Origin: an uncultured Actinomycetes bacterium
Lineage (GTDB): Bacteria; Actinomycetota; Acidimicrobiia; Spongiisociales; DATADW01
Length of the DNA: 64,000 nucleotides
Direction: 5' to 3'
Assembly (NCBI GenBank): GCA_963824995.1
Contig: CAWGRK010000006.1
Location: 380,273 to 444,272, forward strand
Below the pieces are notes generated by a model. It was not told the DNA's origin and searched no databases. It was given only the letters and a program-made list of their open reading frames with translations. This document shows positions 22,290 to 33,147 of this stretch, piece after piece (positions within the stretch are counted from its first letter, which is position 1; each line of letters begins with the position of its first letter). The translations under genes and the position numbers were made by a program.

Positions 22290-22441
22290 CTCTTTTCGGT
22301 TCGGTTCCTCCGCCCACCGGTCCCGCCTAGCCCGCCGATGACGGGCGTGTTGCGGTGCAGCCGGGCCTACCGGCTCCTCCACCGAAGTGTTGCCACTCCG
22401 ACCGCTGGAGGACGGCGAGCGTGTGTGATGGCCGGAGTGTA
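22290..22441 (-). promoter_or_regulatory. rpsB promoter (-10 TACACT at 22436-22441) and structured 5' leader, possible S2 autoregulatory site
   Basis: About 150-nt GC-rich leader starting CACACACGC and ending GGCGGAGG; resemblance to rpsB leaders judged by eye only. Confidence 0.5.
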
Positions 22442-22466
22442 AGCGCGTCCCCGCCACCCGGAGAAT

Positions 22467-23226
<760 letters not shown>

Positions 23227-23252
<26 letters not shown>

Positions 23253-24117
23253 AGGTGGATCTGAGGTGGTGGCGGGTGACAGCAGTGTAAAGCTGTGTCG
23301 TTCCCAGTTCACGATGGCCCAGCATCTCCTGAACAGCACGCAGGTCGGCGCCACCCTCGAGCAAATGTGTTGCGAAGGAATGGCGCAGCGCATGGGGAAA
23401 GGTCGCCGCCCGTTGCCTCACGACCCTCCGCACCCCCCTCGAGCCGAGCGGGCCGCCACGCTGCCCGAGCCAGAGGGCATCGCCCGAAGCCGTTGACACC
23501 AACTCGACTCGGGCCGAGCGCAGGTATGTAGCGACCGCTTCCTGGGCGGGTATCCCGAGCGGGACCACTCTCTCGGTCCCCCCCTTCCCGACCACCCTCA
23601 CGCGGTCGGCCCCGTTCACGTCGCCGACGGTCATCCCGGATACCTCCGAGACGCGGAGACCGGTCGCATAGAGCACCTCGATCAGCGCCCGATCTCGCAG
23701 GGTCAGCGGGTCATCGCCATCGATCTGCTCGAGGATCTCACGGACCGCCCGTTGCGGCAGGGCGTGGGGCAGAGAGGTGGGACGGCGGGGCCTGGCGACC
23801 TGGTCCGCCGGGTTGAACGCCAGATCGCCCCGACGGGTGGCATCGGCGAAGAAGGCGCGCACCGCCGAGGCCTTGCGGGCGATCGAGCGGCGGGCATACC
23901 GCCGCGTGTCGAGGTGGGCGAGGAAACGGCGGACGTGGCGCCGGTCGATGCCTCCGAGCGATACCACACCGGATCGGTCACAGAAGGCGAGGAACTGGGC
24001 CAAGTCGCCCCGATAGGCGGCGACGGTGTGCGCCGAAAGCTGCCGGTGATGCCGCGCCCGATCGAGATAGGCCTCCACCGCGGGCGCCGCCCACAGCGGG
24101 ATGGCGGGAATAGCCAC
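23227..24117 (-). CDS. xerC: Tyrosine recombinase XerC
   Basis: LYATGLRVSE, GKGGTER, HALRHSFATHLL, LGH, TTQLYT; conserved position after dprA. Confidence 0.9.
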
Positions 24118-24126
24118 ATCGGAATC

Positions 24127-25194
24127 CTACGGCGCACCTCCCCCTCCGACTCGCAATCCTCCGCCAGTGGCCACGACCAGATCGGCCTGCCGCCGCACCC
24201 GGCCCTCCAATTCCAGTTGAGTGACCCGGGTGAGTAGGTCGGAGATGGGCCACCCCAACTCGCTCGCCATCCAGTCGAGCGAACGACCCACCGGGCCGGC
24301 GAGCAGGACCACCGGGTCGGCGTCTGCCTCGCCACCGGGGCGCGGTGGGGTGCCCGTGAGCAACGAGAGCGCCTCGATCAGATCGTCTGGACCGAGCACG
24401 GGATGGGCACCGTCGCGGATGAGGAGGTTGCATCCCACCGATGTGTCGCGGTCGATGTCACCGGGTAGCGCCAGCACCTCCCGGCCCTGTTCGAGCCCAT
24501 AGCGGGCGGTGATCAGGGCGCCACCGTCGGGCCGCGCCTCAACGACCACCACCGCGACCGCCAACCCGGAGATGATCCGGTTGCGCAAGGGGAACCGCCA
24601 TGGCTCGGGACGCGTACCGGGCGGGTATTCGCTCACCACGGCTCCGCCTGCGTCGAGCAGGTCCTGCCCGAGCGAGCGGTGGATTGCCGGATACCAGACA
24701 TCCACGCCCGACCCGAGCACCGCGACACCGGGGGTCGGACCTGCCAGGCCGCCGCGGTGTGCTGCTCCGTCCACCCCGCGGGCAAGTCCGCTGACCACCG
24801 GCCAGCCCGAATGCGAGAGAGCCATTCCAAAGCGCTCCGCCAGCCGCAAGCCATAGCCGGTGGGTGTGCGAGTGCCCACCACGGCCACACCCGGCAATTC
24901 CGGCAGCTGGCCCTTGGTGAAGATCACGTCAGGGGCGCCGGGGAGCGTGGCGAGCCAGGGCGGGTACGCGGCATCGTCCCTGGCGAGAACTGTGCACTCC
25001 GCAGCGGCGATCCTCTGGCGCCACTCCGTCGGCGTCACCGAGGTCGCCGCACGGACTGGGGGTGTCGTTGTGATCCGCCCGGCACGAAGCGCGGAAACGA
25101 CAGCATCGGCAGACCCGTGACTCGCCACCAACGCCGCCGCCCTCTCCGGATGAAGCCCGATGCAGGCCAGCGCGAGCCGCTCGTCGGAGATCAC
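24127..25194 (-). CDS. dprA: DNA-processing protein DprA
   Basis: VAVVGTR, VSGLARGVDGAAH, FPLRNRIISGL. Confidence 0.95.
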   Translation of the reverse strand: MISDERLALACIGLHPERAAALVASHGSADAVVSALRAGRITTTPPVRAATSVTPTEWRQRIAAAECTVLARDDAAYPPWLATLPGAPDVIFTKGQLPELPGVAVVGTRTPTGYGLRLAERFGMALSHSGWPVVSGLARGVDGAAHRGGLAGPTPGVAVLGSGVDVWYPAIHRSLGQDLLDAGGAVVSEYPPGTRPEPWRFPLRNRIISGLAVAVVVVEARPDGGALITARYGLEQGREVLALPGDIDRDTSVGCNLLIRDGAHPVLGPDDLIEALSLLTGTPPRPGGEADADPVVLLAGPVGRSLDWMASELGWPISDLLTRVTQLELEGRVRRQADLVVATGGGLRVGGGGAP

Positions 25195-26666
25195 CAGGAC
25201 TCCCGGAAGGAGAGAGCCTCGGCGATGTGGGCCCGGGTGACGGCCTCGGTCGCAGCCAGGTCGGCCAGGGTGCGTGCCACCCGACGCACCCGGTCGAAAC
25301 CACGCCCGCTGAGAGCGGTCATTTCCACAGCACGCTCCAACAGGGCGATGCCGCCCGCTTCCCAGGGAAGCTCGTCGAGGCGTCGCCGATCGAGAGACCG
25401 GTTGAGCGACCCCCTAGCCGCCTGCAGCCGCCGCGCCTCCAACACGCGGGTCCTGACTTGGGCGCTGCGCTCCCCCACCGGCCCGGATAGCGCCGATGAA
25501 TCGGGCCGGTTGACCGCCACCCTCAGGTCGAATCTATCGAGCAAAGGCCCCGAGAGCCGTCTCCGGTAGCGATCGACCCCGCCGGGTCGGCAGCGGCATG
25601 CCACTGCCCGATCGCCCTCGAACCCACACGGGCAGGGGTTGGTGGCGGCGACGAGTTGCACGTCGGCCGGAAAGCGAACCGACCTCCCCGATCGGGCCAC
25701 GGTCACCCATCCCTCCTCCACCGGCTGGCGCAGCGCATCGAGCAGGTTGGTGGGGAATTCGCCAAGTTCGTCGAGGAACAAGACACCGCGATGGGCGAGC
25801 GACACCTCGCCCGGAGTGACGACACCGCTCCCACCACCGATCAGCGCCGCCACCGTCGCGGTGTGGTGTGGAGCGCGGAACGGCGGGTACCGCCGGGGAG
25901 CTTCGCTTCTCCCCGCCGCCGACCAGACCTGAGCCACCTCGACAGCGGCGGCGGGTAACAACTCGGGGACCAACCCCGGCATGCACCGGGCGAGAAGGGT
26001 CTTCCCCGAACCAGGCGGTCCCCACATGAGGAGGTGGTGCCCGCCAGCCGCCGCCACCTCCAAGGCGCGACGCGCCATGGCCTGGCCGCGAACCACCGCC
26101 AGGTCGGGAGGGTCGGGTGGCTCGTCGGTGCTGTCGACACGAGCGGTGGAGGTTGATGACGGTGCTCCCAATGCCACCGCCACCGCTTCGGCCAGCGAGG
26201 TCACCGCCCTGGTGTCTGCTCCCTCAACCAGCGAGCCCTCGGACATCGAGGCCGGCGGGAGCAGGCATGGCCGGCCGAGGCGCGCCGCCACCACCGCCAC
26301 GGCCATGCCACCTCTCGCCAGCCGGACCGTCCCGTCGAGCGCCAACTCACCCAGCGCCACGACGTCGGCGACCGCCGGAGGGGCCCCACCCGAAGCGGCT
26401 ATCAACCCCAACGCAATCGGCAGGTCATAGGCGGAGCCCGCCTTCGGCAAGTCGGCGGGTGCCAGGTTGACCGTGACCCTGCGATCCGGCATACGGAACC
26501 CGGATGACTGGAGGGCCGCCTGCACCCGATCCTTAGCCTCGCGGATGGCCGTATCGGGCAATCCGACCAGACGGAGCGCCGGGAGTTGGCCGGCGACGTG
26601 CACTTCGACCCGAACGGGACGGGGCTCGACGCCGACAAGGGTCGCTGAGGTGACCGCGGCGAACAT
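25191..26666 (-). CDS. comM: YifB/ComM Mg-chelatase-like AAA+ ATPase
   Basis: NLAPADLPK, GPPGSGKT, GEVSLAHRGVLFLDE, NPCPCG, SGPLLDRFD. Confidence 0.93.
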   Translation of the reverse strand: MFAAVTSATLVGVEPRPVRVEVHVAGQLPALRLVGLPDTAIREAKDRVQAALQSSGFRMPDRRVTVNLAPADLPKAGSAYDLPIALGLIAASGGAPPAVADVVALGELALDGTVRLARGGMAVAVVAARLGRPCLLPPASMSEGSLVEGADTRAVTSLAEAVAVALGAPSSTSTARVDSTDEPPDPPDLAVVRGQAMARRALEVAAAGGHHLLMWGPPGSGKTLLARCMPGLVPELLPAAAVEVAQVWSAAGRSEAPRRYPPFRAPHHTATVAALIGGGSGVVTPGEVSLAHRGVLFLDELGEFPTNLLDALRQPVEEGWVTVARSGRSVRFPADVQLVAATNPCPCGFEGDRAVACRCRPGGVDRYRRRLSGPLLDRFDLRVAVNRPDSSALSGPVGERSAQVRTRVLEARRLQAARGSLNRSLDRRRLDELPWEAGGIALLERAVEMTALSGRGFDRVRRVARTLADLAATEAVTRAHIAEALSFRESW

Positions 26667-26717
26667 GGCGGCAAACGTATGACCCGGCTGCGACATTCTC
26701 CGACAGGGGTCTCTCTT

Positions 26718-26743
26718 GTTTCAGTCCGTCCGAAAAAGGGTAT
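26718..26743 (+). promoter_or_regulatory. SigB/SigF-type stress promoter GTTT-N16-GGGTAT
   Basis: GTTT 26718-26721, GGGTAT 26738-26743, upstream of the AAGGAGG RBS of a YsnF-type gene. Confidence 0.7.
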
Positions 26744-26772
26744 GAACGTGGACACAACCAAGGAGGCGGAGT

Positions 26773-27534
26773 TTGATGATGGAATCACCGATGACTGTCG
26801 ACCAGGTGGCCGCGATGCGGGGAACGCCTGTATACGACAACAGCGGCGAGAAGATCGGCGCAGTTGAAGAGATTTACTACGACGAAACAACGTCCGAACC
26901 GCAGTGGATCGGGATCGGGACCGGCTTCCTCGGGATGAAGCATGCCGTTGTCCCACTCGCAGGCGCCACCACTTCCGCAGACGGTGTCAGCGTCCCCTAC
27001 TCCAAGGCTCAGGTCAAGGACGCTCCCGAGATCGACATCTACTCGAGCGGAATCGCTGTAGAGACCGAGCGGGACCTCTACGGCTACTACGGGCTCGAGT
27101 TCTCCGGAGCGGAATACGACACCGACCTGTCCACAACGGACACCACCTACGACCGTGACCTTGGCGTCGAAGAAGGAGCCGTGACTCGGCACGAGGAAGA
27201 GCTGACGGTCGGAAAGCGGACGGTTTCGGCTGGCAGTGTCCGGCTCCAGAAGTGGGTGGACACCGAGCAGGTGCAGGCCGATGTGGAGCTGCAGCGGGAA
27301 ACCGCCCGGGTCACTCGCGAGGCAGTCGATCAACCGGTGAGCGATGGCAGCATCGGTGAAGAGGAGATCGAAGTGTCTCTCACCGCAGAAGAGGCGGTCG
27401 TCGAGAAGCGGACCGTGGCCAAGGAGCGGATCGGCATCGAAAAGGATGTCGAGACCGACGTGGAGACGGTTACCGCCGACCTGAGGAAGGAGCGGGTCGA
27501 GGTTGAGGGCGACGAAGACCCGTTGAGCCGATAG
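26773..27534 (+). CDS. PRC-barrel + DUF2382 (YsnF/AvaK) protein
   Basis: VYDNSGEKIGAV...GTGFLG (PRC); TRHEEELTVGKR, EEAVVEKRTV, LRKERVEV (DUF2382); start may be a few codons later. Confidence 0.88.
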   Translation: MMMESPMTVDQVAAMRGTPVYDNSGEKIGAVEEIYYDETTSEPQWIGIGTGFLGMKHAVVPLAGATTSADGVSVPYSKAQVKDAPEIDIYSSGIAVETERDLYGYYGLEFSGAEYDTDLSTTDTTYDRDLGVEEGAVTRHEEELTVGKRTVSAGSVRLQKWVDTEQVQADVELQRETARVTREAVDQPVSDGSIGEEEIEVSLTAEEAVVEKRTVAKERIGIEKDVETDVETVTADLRKERVEVEGDEDPLSR

Positions 27535-27543
27535 CACTGTGCT

Positions 27544-27572
27544 GCGAGCGGAGGGTCCAGCCCTCCGCTCGC
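27544..27572 (+). terminator. Perfect 12-bp hairpin after the first ysnF-like gene
   Basis: GCGAGCGGAGGG-TCCAG-CCCTCCGCTCGC; no clear U-tract. Confidence 0.65.
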
Positions 27573-27642
27573 CCGCGTTGTGACGGTTCGTGAGGATCCC
27601 GGGCCCGGCGGAGGCTGACGACGAGGCACGAAGGCGAGAAGA

Positions 27643-28068
27643 GTGACAGACAACAAATCGGAGGAGAACGCCGACACTCCTGGCGTGATTCTCCACGAAG
27701 AGCAGCTAGTGGTGGGGACCCAAGAGGTCGACGCCGGGTCGGTGCGGGCCCGGAAGCGGGTAGAGAGCGAAAGTGTGCAGCGGACCGAGCCGCGCTTCGT
27801 TGAGCACGGGGAAGTCGAGCGCGTCGCTGCCCTCGAGAATGACTCGGGGAAAATAGAAACGCTCGAGGACGGGTCCGTTTCGATCCCGCTCTTGGAGGAA
27901 CGACTCGTTGTCAGCAAGCAGCTATTCGTGCGAGAGCGGGTGATCCTGCGCAAACACAAGGTCATCGAGCAGCATGTCATCGAAGCGGAGCTACGCACCG
28001 AGCGGATCGACATCGAAGGCGACGTCGAGTTCGACGAACCAGAGGAGAAGTCGACCGGCGAGGTGTAG
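27643..28068 (+). CDS. DUF2382 (YsnF/AvaK) protein
   Basis: LHEEQLVVG, IPLLEERLVVSKQLFVRERV, LRTERIDI. Confidence 0.85.
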   Translation: MTDNKSEENADTPGVILHEEQLVVGTQEVDAGSVRARKRVESESVQRTEPRFVEHGEVERVAALENDSGKIETLEDGSVSIPLLEERLVVSKQLFVRERVILRKHKVIEQHVIEAELRTERIDIEGDVEFDEPEEKSTGEV

Positions 28069-28284
28069 CGCTGGGTGGGTCCCGGCCACAATGCGGTGGT
28101 GACCGATGCGGCCGGCGACGACTGGCTCGAATCACGCCATCGATCCCGAGAACCCCGATCAGCCGGCGGTCGATGCTCGCAAGCGTCCCATGTTGATCGA
28201 CCGTATCGACTGGACCGACGGCTGATCCGGATTGCCGGCGATGTCCCACCAGTTCTGACACCCCGGCACGTGCGCCCTCCCTGA
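28069..28284 (+). pseudogene. 3' remnant of a family 43 glycoside hydrolase
   Basis: RWVGPGHNAVVTDAAGDDWL / frameshift / HAIDPENP...RPMLIDRIDWTDG then TGA where GWP is expected; no 5' part. Confidence 0.65.
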
Positions 28285-28296
28285 GGAGGACGTATT

Positions 28297-28941
28297 TCAC
28301 CCTCGCGGTCGGTCCCGGGGCGGGTTGGCGCCGGTCTGCCTGTCCCGAGATGGAGTGCCGATACCCAGAGCTCCCAGCTCGAGAGTCGCCAGCGCCTCGA
28401 TGACTCGTCTGTCGCCGCGCAGCACGGCGGCGCCGGGAGCGAGATCGACTGCGGCCAGTTGGCGAACCGGACGGTTTGCCAGCGCACGGATGGCGAAGAG
28501 ACTCGTGTCGCCGCGCATGGCACTCGCTGCCTGGGAGGCACGGATCCAGAGCAGGCGGCCGGGGAGCCACAGGATCAGAGCGAATGCAATGGGGAGAGCG
28601 GCCACGACCACCCCGACCCAGCGGGCAAGACGGATCGCCGCCTCCTGTTGCGACTCGCCGGCATCGCCGATCCCCGCCACGGCGGACTGTGCCGACTCGA
28701 AGGGGGTCGCCAGAGCATCTCCCAGGAGCGGCGCATCCCCCAGCGTGTCGGCAACACTTCCAAAGGCGCCTGCGACCTCCTCGGCAGCGTCTTCGAGAAG
28801 CTGGCCGGGGGTTGCCAGGTGAGCGACCAACTCGTACATGTTCACGCCTACCCAGACCCAGAAGACGATCCAGCCCAAGACGATCAGGTCCACGATCATC
28901 TGGCGCCTGCGGACGGATGGGAGGTCGGCATAGAGTCTCAT
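28297..28941 (-). CDS. Actinobacterial membrane protein of unknown function
   Basis: Two hydrophobic helices flanking an amphipathic segment; CAAAAT-N6-ATG start. Confidence 0.7.
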   Translation of the reverse strand: MRLYADLPSVRRRQMIVDLIVLGWIVFWVWVGVNMYELVAHLATPGQLLEDAAEEVAGAFGSVADTLGDAPLLGDALATPFESAQSAVAGIGDAGESQQEAAIRLARWVGVVVAALPIAFALILWLPGRLLWIRASQAASAMRGDTSLFAIRALANRPVRQLAAVDLAPGAAVLRGDRRVIEALATLELGALGIGTPSRDRQTGANPPRDRPRG

Positions 28942-29044
28942 CCGTCCATTTTGCGTCGGGGACCGTCCGCCGTGAGCTCAATCTGACGGTTTCGGGCGCA
29001 CCCTGTCCGTCCATCGCTCCGCCGCCCGCTCGTAGACTGCCGCC

Positions 29045-29929
29045 ATGCCGGAACGTCCCCCGATGACATCACGCGCCCGCGATGCGCTCAGGGAGAGGCT
29101 CTCCTTCTCCGCCCGGCGCAGGATCGCCATCGCCCGGGTGACCGTGCGACGTCCGACGTCGAGGTTGCGGGCGCTCCCCGGGCTGTTGGTGATCGGCGTC
29201 CAGCGGGGTGGCACCAGTTCGCTGTACCGCTATCTGGGAGCCCACCCGCAGGTGGAGCCCTCGCTCCGCAAGGAGGTCGAGTACTTCACCCGCCGCTACT
29301 CCGAAGGTGAGAGCTGGTACCGGGCTCACTTCCCGCTGCAGAGGAAGGGATCGATCACCTTCGAGGCCGACCCGTATTACCTGTTCCATCCCCTCGCCGC
29401 CGAGCGGGCGTCGGCCCTGGTTCCCGAGGCGCGGTTGGTGGTGATGCTGCGCGACCCGGTGAAGCGCGCCTTCTCGCACTGGCAGCACAACCGCAGGCTC
29501 GGAGTCGAGCCGCTCGATTTCGCCGCCGCCCTCGATGCCGAGGCCGAGCGGCTCGCTGGTGAGGAGGAGCGGATCAGAGCCGACCCGTCGTACGACCCGT
29601 GGAACCACAACATGCTGTCGTACACCGAGCGAGGGCGTTACGCCGCCCAGTTGCGGACGTGGCTGACGCACTACCCGGAGGACCGCCTCTTGGTGCTACG
29701 CAGCGAGGACTTCTACACCGACACACCCGCGACCTTCGACCGCGTCGTGGACTTCCTCCAACTCGACCCATGGCGACCGCCCGAGTTCGCCAACTGGAGC
29801 TACTCGCGTGGCGGCGGACCGGCCAAGGAACGGATCGACTCCGATCTGTCCGCTGCTCTCGCCCGGTCCTTCGTCACCGACAACCGCGAGTTGGAGGCGA
29901 TGCTGGGGTGGGATGCCCGATGGACTTGA
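29045..29929 (+). CDS. PAPS-dependent sulfotransferase (heparan-sulfate sulfotransferase-like type)
   Basis: IGVQRGGTSSLY (5'-PSB), KEVEYF, LRDPVKRAFSHW (3'-PB). Confidence 0.9.
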   Translation: MPERPPMTSRARDALRERLSFSARRRIAIARVTVRRPTSRLRALPGLLVIGVQRGGTSSLYRYLGAHPQVEPSLRKEVEYFTRRYSEGESWYRAHFPLQRKGSITFEADPYYLFHPLAAERASALVPEARLVVMLRDPVKRAFSHWQHNRRLGVEPLDFAAALDAEAERLAGEEERIRADPSYDPWNHNMLSYTERGRYAAQLRTWLTHYPEDRLLVLRSEDFYTDTPATFDRVVDFLQLDPWRPPEFANWSYSRGGGPAKERIDSDLSAALARSFVTDNRELEAMLGWDARWT

Positions 29930-29933
29930 GGGC

Positions 29934-31116
29934 TCAGTGGCCGGCCAGAGCCTTCAGGTAGAACCGCTCGACACTCGCCGCCACCTCATCGGCGTTGTAG
30001 CGGGCTGCCACCTCGGCCCGGGCGGCCCCGCCGAGCCGGGCGTGTTCCGCCTGGGTCATTGAAGAGCCGGGCCACTGCTGTGGCGATCGCCGCCGGGTTC
30101 TCGGTGGGGACGAGCACCCCGGTGATGCCGTCTTCCACGACATCGCTCATCGGCCGCCGGTCGGTGGTCACCACCGGTAGCGCCCGCCCCATCGCCTGGA
30201 GCAGCGAGACGCCGAGACCCTCGAATAGCGAGGGGAAAACGAACACGTCGGCGGCGCCGAGCAGCCGGGGCACATCCGACCGCCGCCCGAGGAGCTTGAC
30301 CCGATCAGCCAGACCGAGTTGGTCGATCAGGCCATCGACCATGGTGCTGCTCGCCCCCGGCCGCCCGGCCACGAGGAGTACGGCATCCGGTACCTGTCCC
30401 AGGATGTCCGGCATCGCCTCGATCAGGTAGCGGTGGCCCTTCTGGGGCTCGACCCGGCCCACGGCGACCACCAAGAAGTCACCCTCTGTCAGGCCCAGCT
30501 CGGAGAGAACCGATCGCCTCGCCTCGGCGCGGGATCCGCCGGCGTCGAGTTCGGCCAGGTCGATCCCCCGTGGGATCACCTCGATCCGATCGGAACGTAG
30601 CCCGACGACCCGTTGCCATGACTCGGCTACCGCCGGGGTTAGCGCCTGGAACCGGGTCACCGTTCTCATCGTCACCCGATCCAGCAACCGGTGACCCTCC
30701 AGCTTGAGCCTGGTCACCCCAGGGTTGTCGGTCACCCGCACCGGCTCATGGCTTATGTTGACCAGGCTCTCCACCACCGGGATACGGCGGCGCGCTCCGA
30801 CCAGCCGGGCGGCCAGCCCGGCGTTGGCCAGCGAACCGTGAATCAGGTGGGGGCGGATCTCGGCCACGGCCTGGTCGAAAGTCCGCACCAGGTCCCAGCG
30901 GCCCGAGGGCCGGGCGCCGCCCTGATAGAGCAGGTGTATCGGCACCGATTCCGGCACCTCGCCGCTCCGGGTCCCTCCGGTGTCCTCGTAGACCACGGCC
31001 AGGGCGTGACGGAGGCGCGGGTCGGTGAACCGGCGCAGGTTGGCCACGAGTTGCTGCTCTGCTCCGCCAACGGTGCCCAGAGAGTCGATCACATGGAGCA
31101 CGAGCCGTGGAGACAT
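29934..31116 (-). CDS. Glycosyltransferase family 4; indel near 30052
   Basis: HVIDSL..GGAE, GRVEPQKG, PSLFEGLGVSLLQAM; C-terminus in ORF 29934..30143. Confidence 0.88.
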
Positions 31117-31200
31117 GGGGCGGCGAGGGTAACCGGGGCGCTTTCCACACCGTCGTGGCGGGGTGGGCAAGGCAGCGCTCCGTCCTACCATCGCCCCTCA

Positions 31201-31996
31201 ATGCGGTTGAAGTTCCCTCGTCACCTCTTGCTAGCCGGGCTTGCCGTGGCGCTGGTGGCGTGCAATGGAGGGGGCACGAGCCCCACCGAAACGACAACGC
31301 CCACCGACCGAACCCGTCCGAGCATCACCCGGCCCAACAGGCCGTCGACCACGGTTCCCACCAGGCCACCCAGGACCACGGTGCCCTCCGCGTCGCCAAC
31401 CACTGCCGGCGGACCCACCCCAACTGCGCCCGGTGGGTGAGCCCACCCAGGTGGACGGGCTGGTCGGCTTCGTGGGCTGCTCGATGACCGAGAACGCCGT
31501 GGACGGCTACATCGCGCTCGGCGGAGACAAGTTCTGGCCCAGGTTCGGCAGGTACGGCGGAGGGACGGTGGGGCGCTGGGCCTTTGGCGTGGAGGCCGGA
31601 AGCCGTCTCTGGGCGATATTCCGGGGCCAGCTGAGGGAGCAGCCCGACACTGCCGCCATCTGGTGGCAGCTCTGCACCTTCGCAAGTGGTGCCCAGGACG
31701 ACCTCGACCGGGCACTCGCCGTGCTCGACGAGATCAAGGTCTCCGCTCCTGGTCTTCCCGTCTATGTGTCCCCCCAGCCGACATACACGGACGGCCACGT
31801 GTGCGAAATCGCCGGCGACGGCGGGCCTGAGACCATGGCCCAGTTGGCAGCCGACGTGGTCGCAACCGGCGAAGTCATGGCCGGACCCCCCCAGGGACCT
31901 CTGCCTTCCGATGCGACCCGTGACGGTTGTCATGCCGACACCGCTGGCCAGGAGATCCTCGGTGAACAGCTCGAGGCGTTCTTCGACGCCGGCTGA
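31201..31996 (+). CDS. Lipoprotein with Thr/Pro linker and SGNH-like domain; indel near 31430
   Basis: Signal MRLKFPRHLLLAGLAVALVA-C; then GFVGCSMT, GGGTVGRW, DGCH in ORF 31241..31996. Confidence 0.65.
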
Positions 31997-32011
31997 CTGG
32001 GGAAACCGTGC

Positions 32012-32039
32012 TCAGGAGGGCCGCGAGTCCCGCCGATAT
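32012..32039 (+). promoter_or_regulatory. Sigma28/WhiG-type promoter TCAG-N16-GCCGATAT for the ABC exporter
   Basis: Intergenic, correct strand, 85 nt before the ABC ATPase start. Confidence 0.6.
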
Positions 32040-32124
32040 ACTCATCGGCTGGATAGATCTTCGGCGCCAAGCGCCGTGACCCCGTCCCGGCTAGCGACCT
32101 GACGTCGCGCAGAGTGCCACTACC

Positions 32125-33147
32125 GTGAGCAGGGAGACCCCAATGGCCGATGTCCCGGTCGGCGACATACTGGTGTCCGTCGAGGACGTCTCCAAAGTCT
32201 ATGTCCCCTCGCCCACCTGGCTTCGGGTCCTTATCCGCTCCTCGAGCAAGGACTCAGTGACCGCGCTCGACAGGGTCGACCTGACGGTGCGGGAGGGTGA
32301 GATATGCGCCGTGGTCGGGCCAAATGGCGCAGGGAAGTCGACCCTGTTCCGGATCCTCACCGGTCTCACCACCCCGAGCAGGGGTCGTGCCATGGTGGGC
32401 GGCCTCGATGCCACCCGGCAGTCGTCGCGGGTCCGCCGGCTGGTCGGCTTCATGCCAGCCGACGACCGTTCGCTCTACCTGCGCAACACCTGCGTCGAGA
32501 ACCTGAGGTTCCACGGTCGTCTCCAGGGAATGGACTCGGGCGATGTCGAAGGGAGGATCGACGAGGTCCTCGAGATGGTGGATCTGAGCTACGCCCGTGA
32601 CCGTGTCGGATTTGCCCTCTCCTCGGGGATGCGTGCCCGTCTTCAACTGGCGCGTGCCCTATTGCACAGGCCGAGGGTCCTCATCCTCGATGAGCCCACA
32701 TCATCGGTCGACCCGGTCGCCGCATACGGGTTGGTCCAGCTGATCAAGCGGGTGGCAGAGGAGGGCAGGGTCGCCGTTCTCATCAGCTCGCACCGGCTGG
32801 AAGAGGTCGAGGAACTCCATGACAACGTGGCCATGCTCAACAAGGGTCGGATCATCTACTGGGGCGACCTCGACGTGATGCGGACCAAGTGGGAGGAGTC
32901 GACAGTCGAGATCGAGTTCGTCACCGAAGCAATGGCCACCGACGCCAGCAACCGGCTCGCTGCCATGGACGGTCTCGAGCTCATCGAGCTGGAGGGAACC
33001 CAGCTGATCGTGGCGACCGCCGCCCCCACGGGGGCGCTGCTCGCCAGGCTGGACGGCGAGGTGGACGGGATCGTCTCGCTCCGTCACACCAAGATGCCGT
33101 TGATCCGACTCTTCAGCAAGATCGTCGCCGACGAGGCGACGGAATGA
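32125..33147 (+). CDS. ABC exporter ATP-binding protein (DrrA/ABC-2 type)
   Basis: GPNGAGKST, LSSGM, ILDEPT, SSH. Confidence 0.93.
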   Translation: MSRETPMADVPVGDILVSVEDVSKVYVPSPTWLRVLIRSSSKDSVTALDRVDLTVREGEICAVVGPNGAGKSTLFRILTGLTTPSRGRAMVGGLDATRQSSRVRRLVGFMPADDRSLYLRNTCVENLRFHGRLQGMDSGDVEGRIDEVLEMVDLSYARDRVGFALSSGMRARLQLARALLHRPRVLILDEPTSSVDPVAAYGLVQLIKRVAEEGRVAVLISSHRLEEVEELHDNVAMLNKGRIIYWGDLDVMRTKWEESTVEIEFVTEAMATDASNRLAAMDGLELIELEGTQLIVATAAPTGALLARLDGEVDGIVSLRHTKMPLIRLFSKIVADEATE

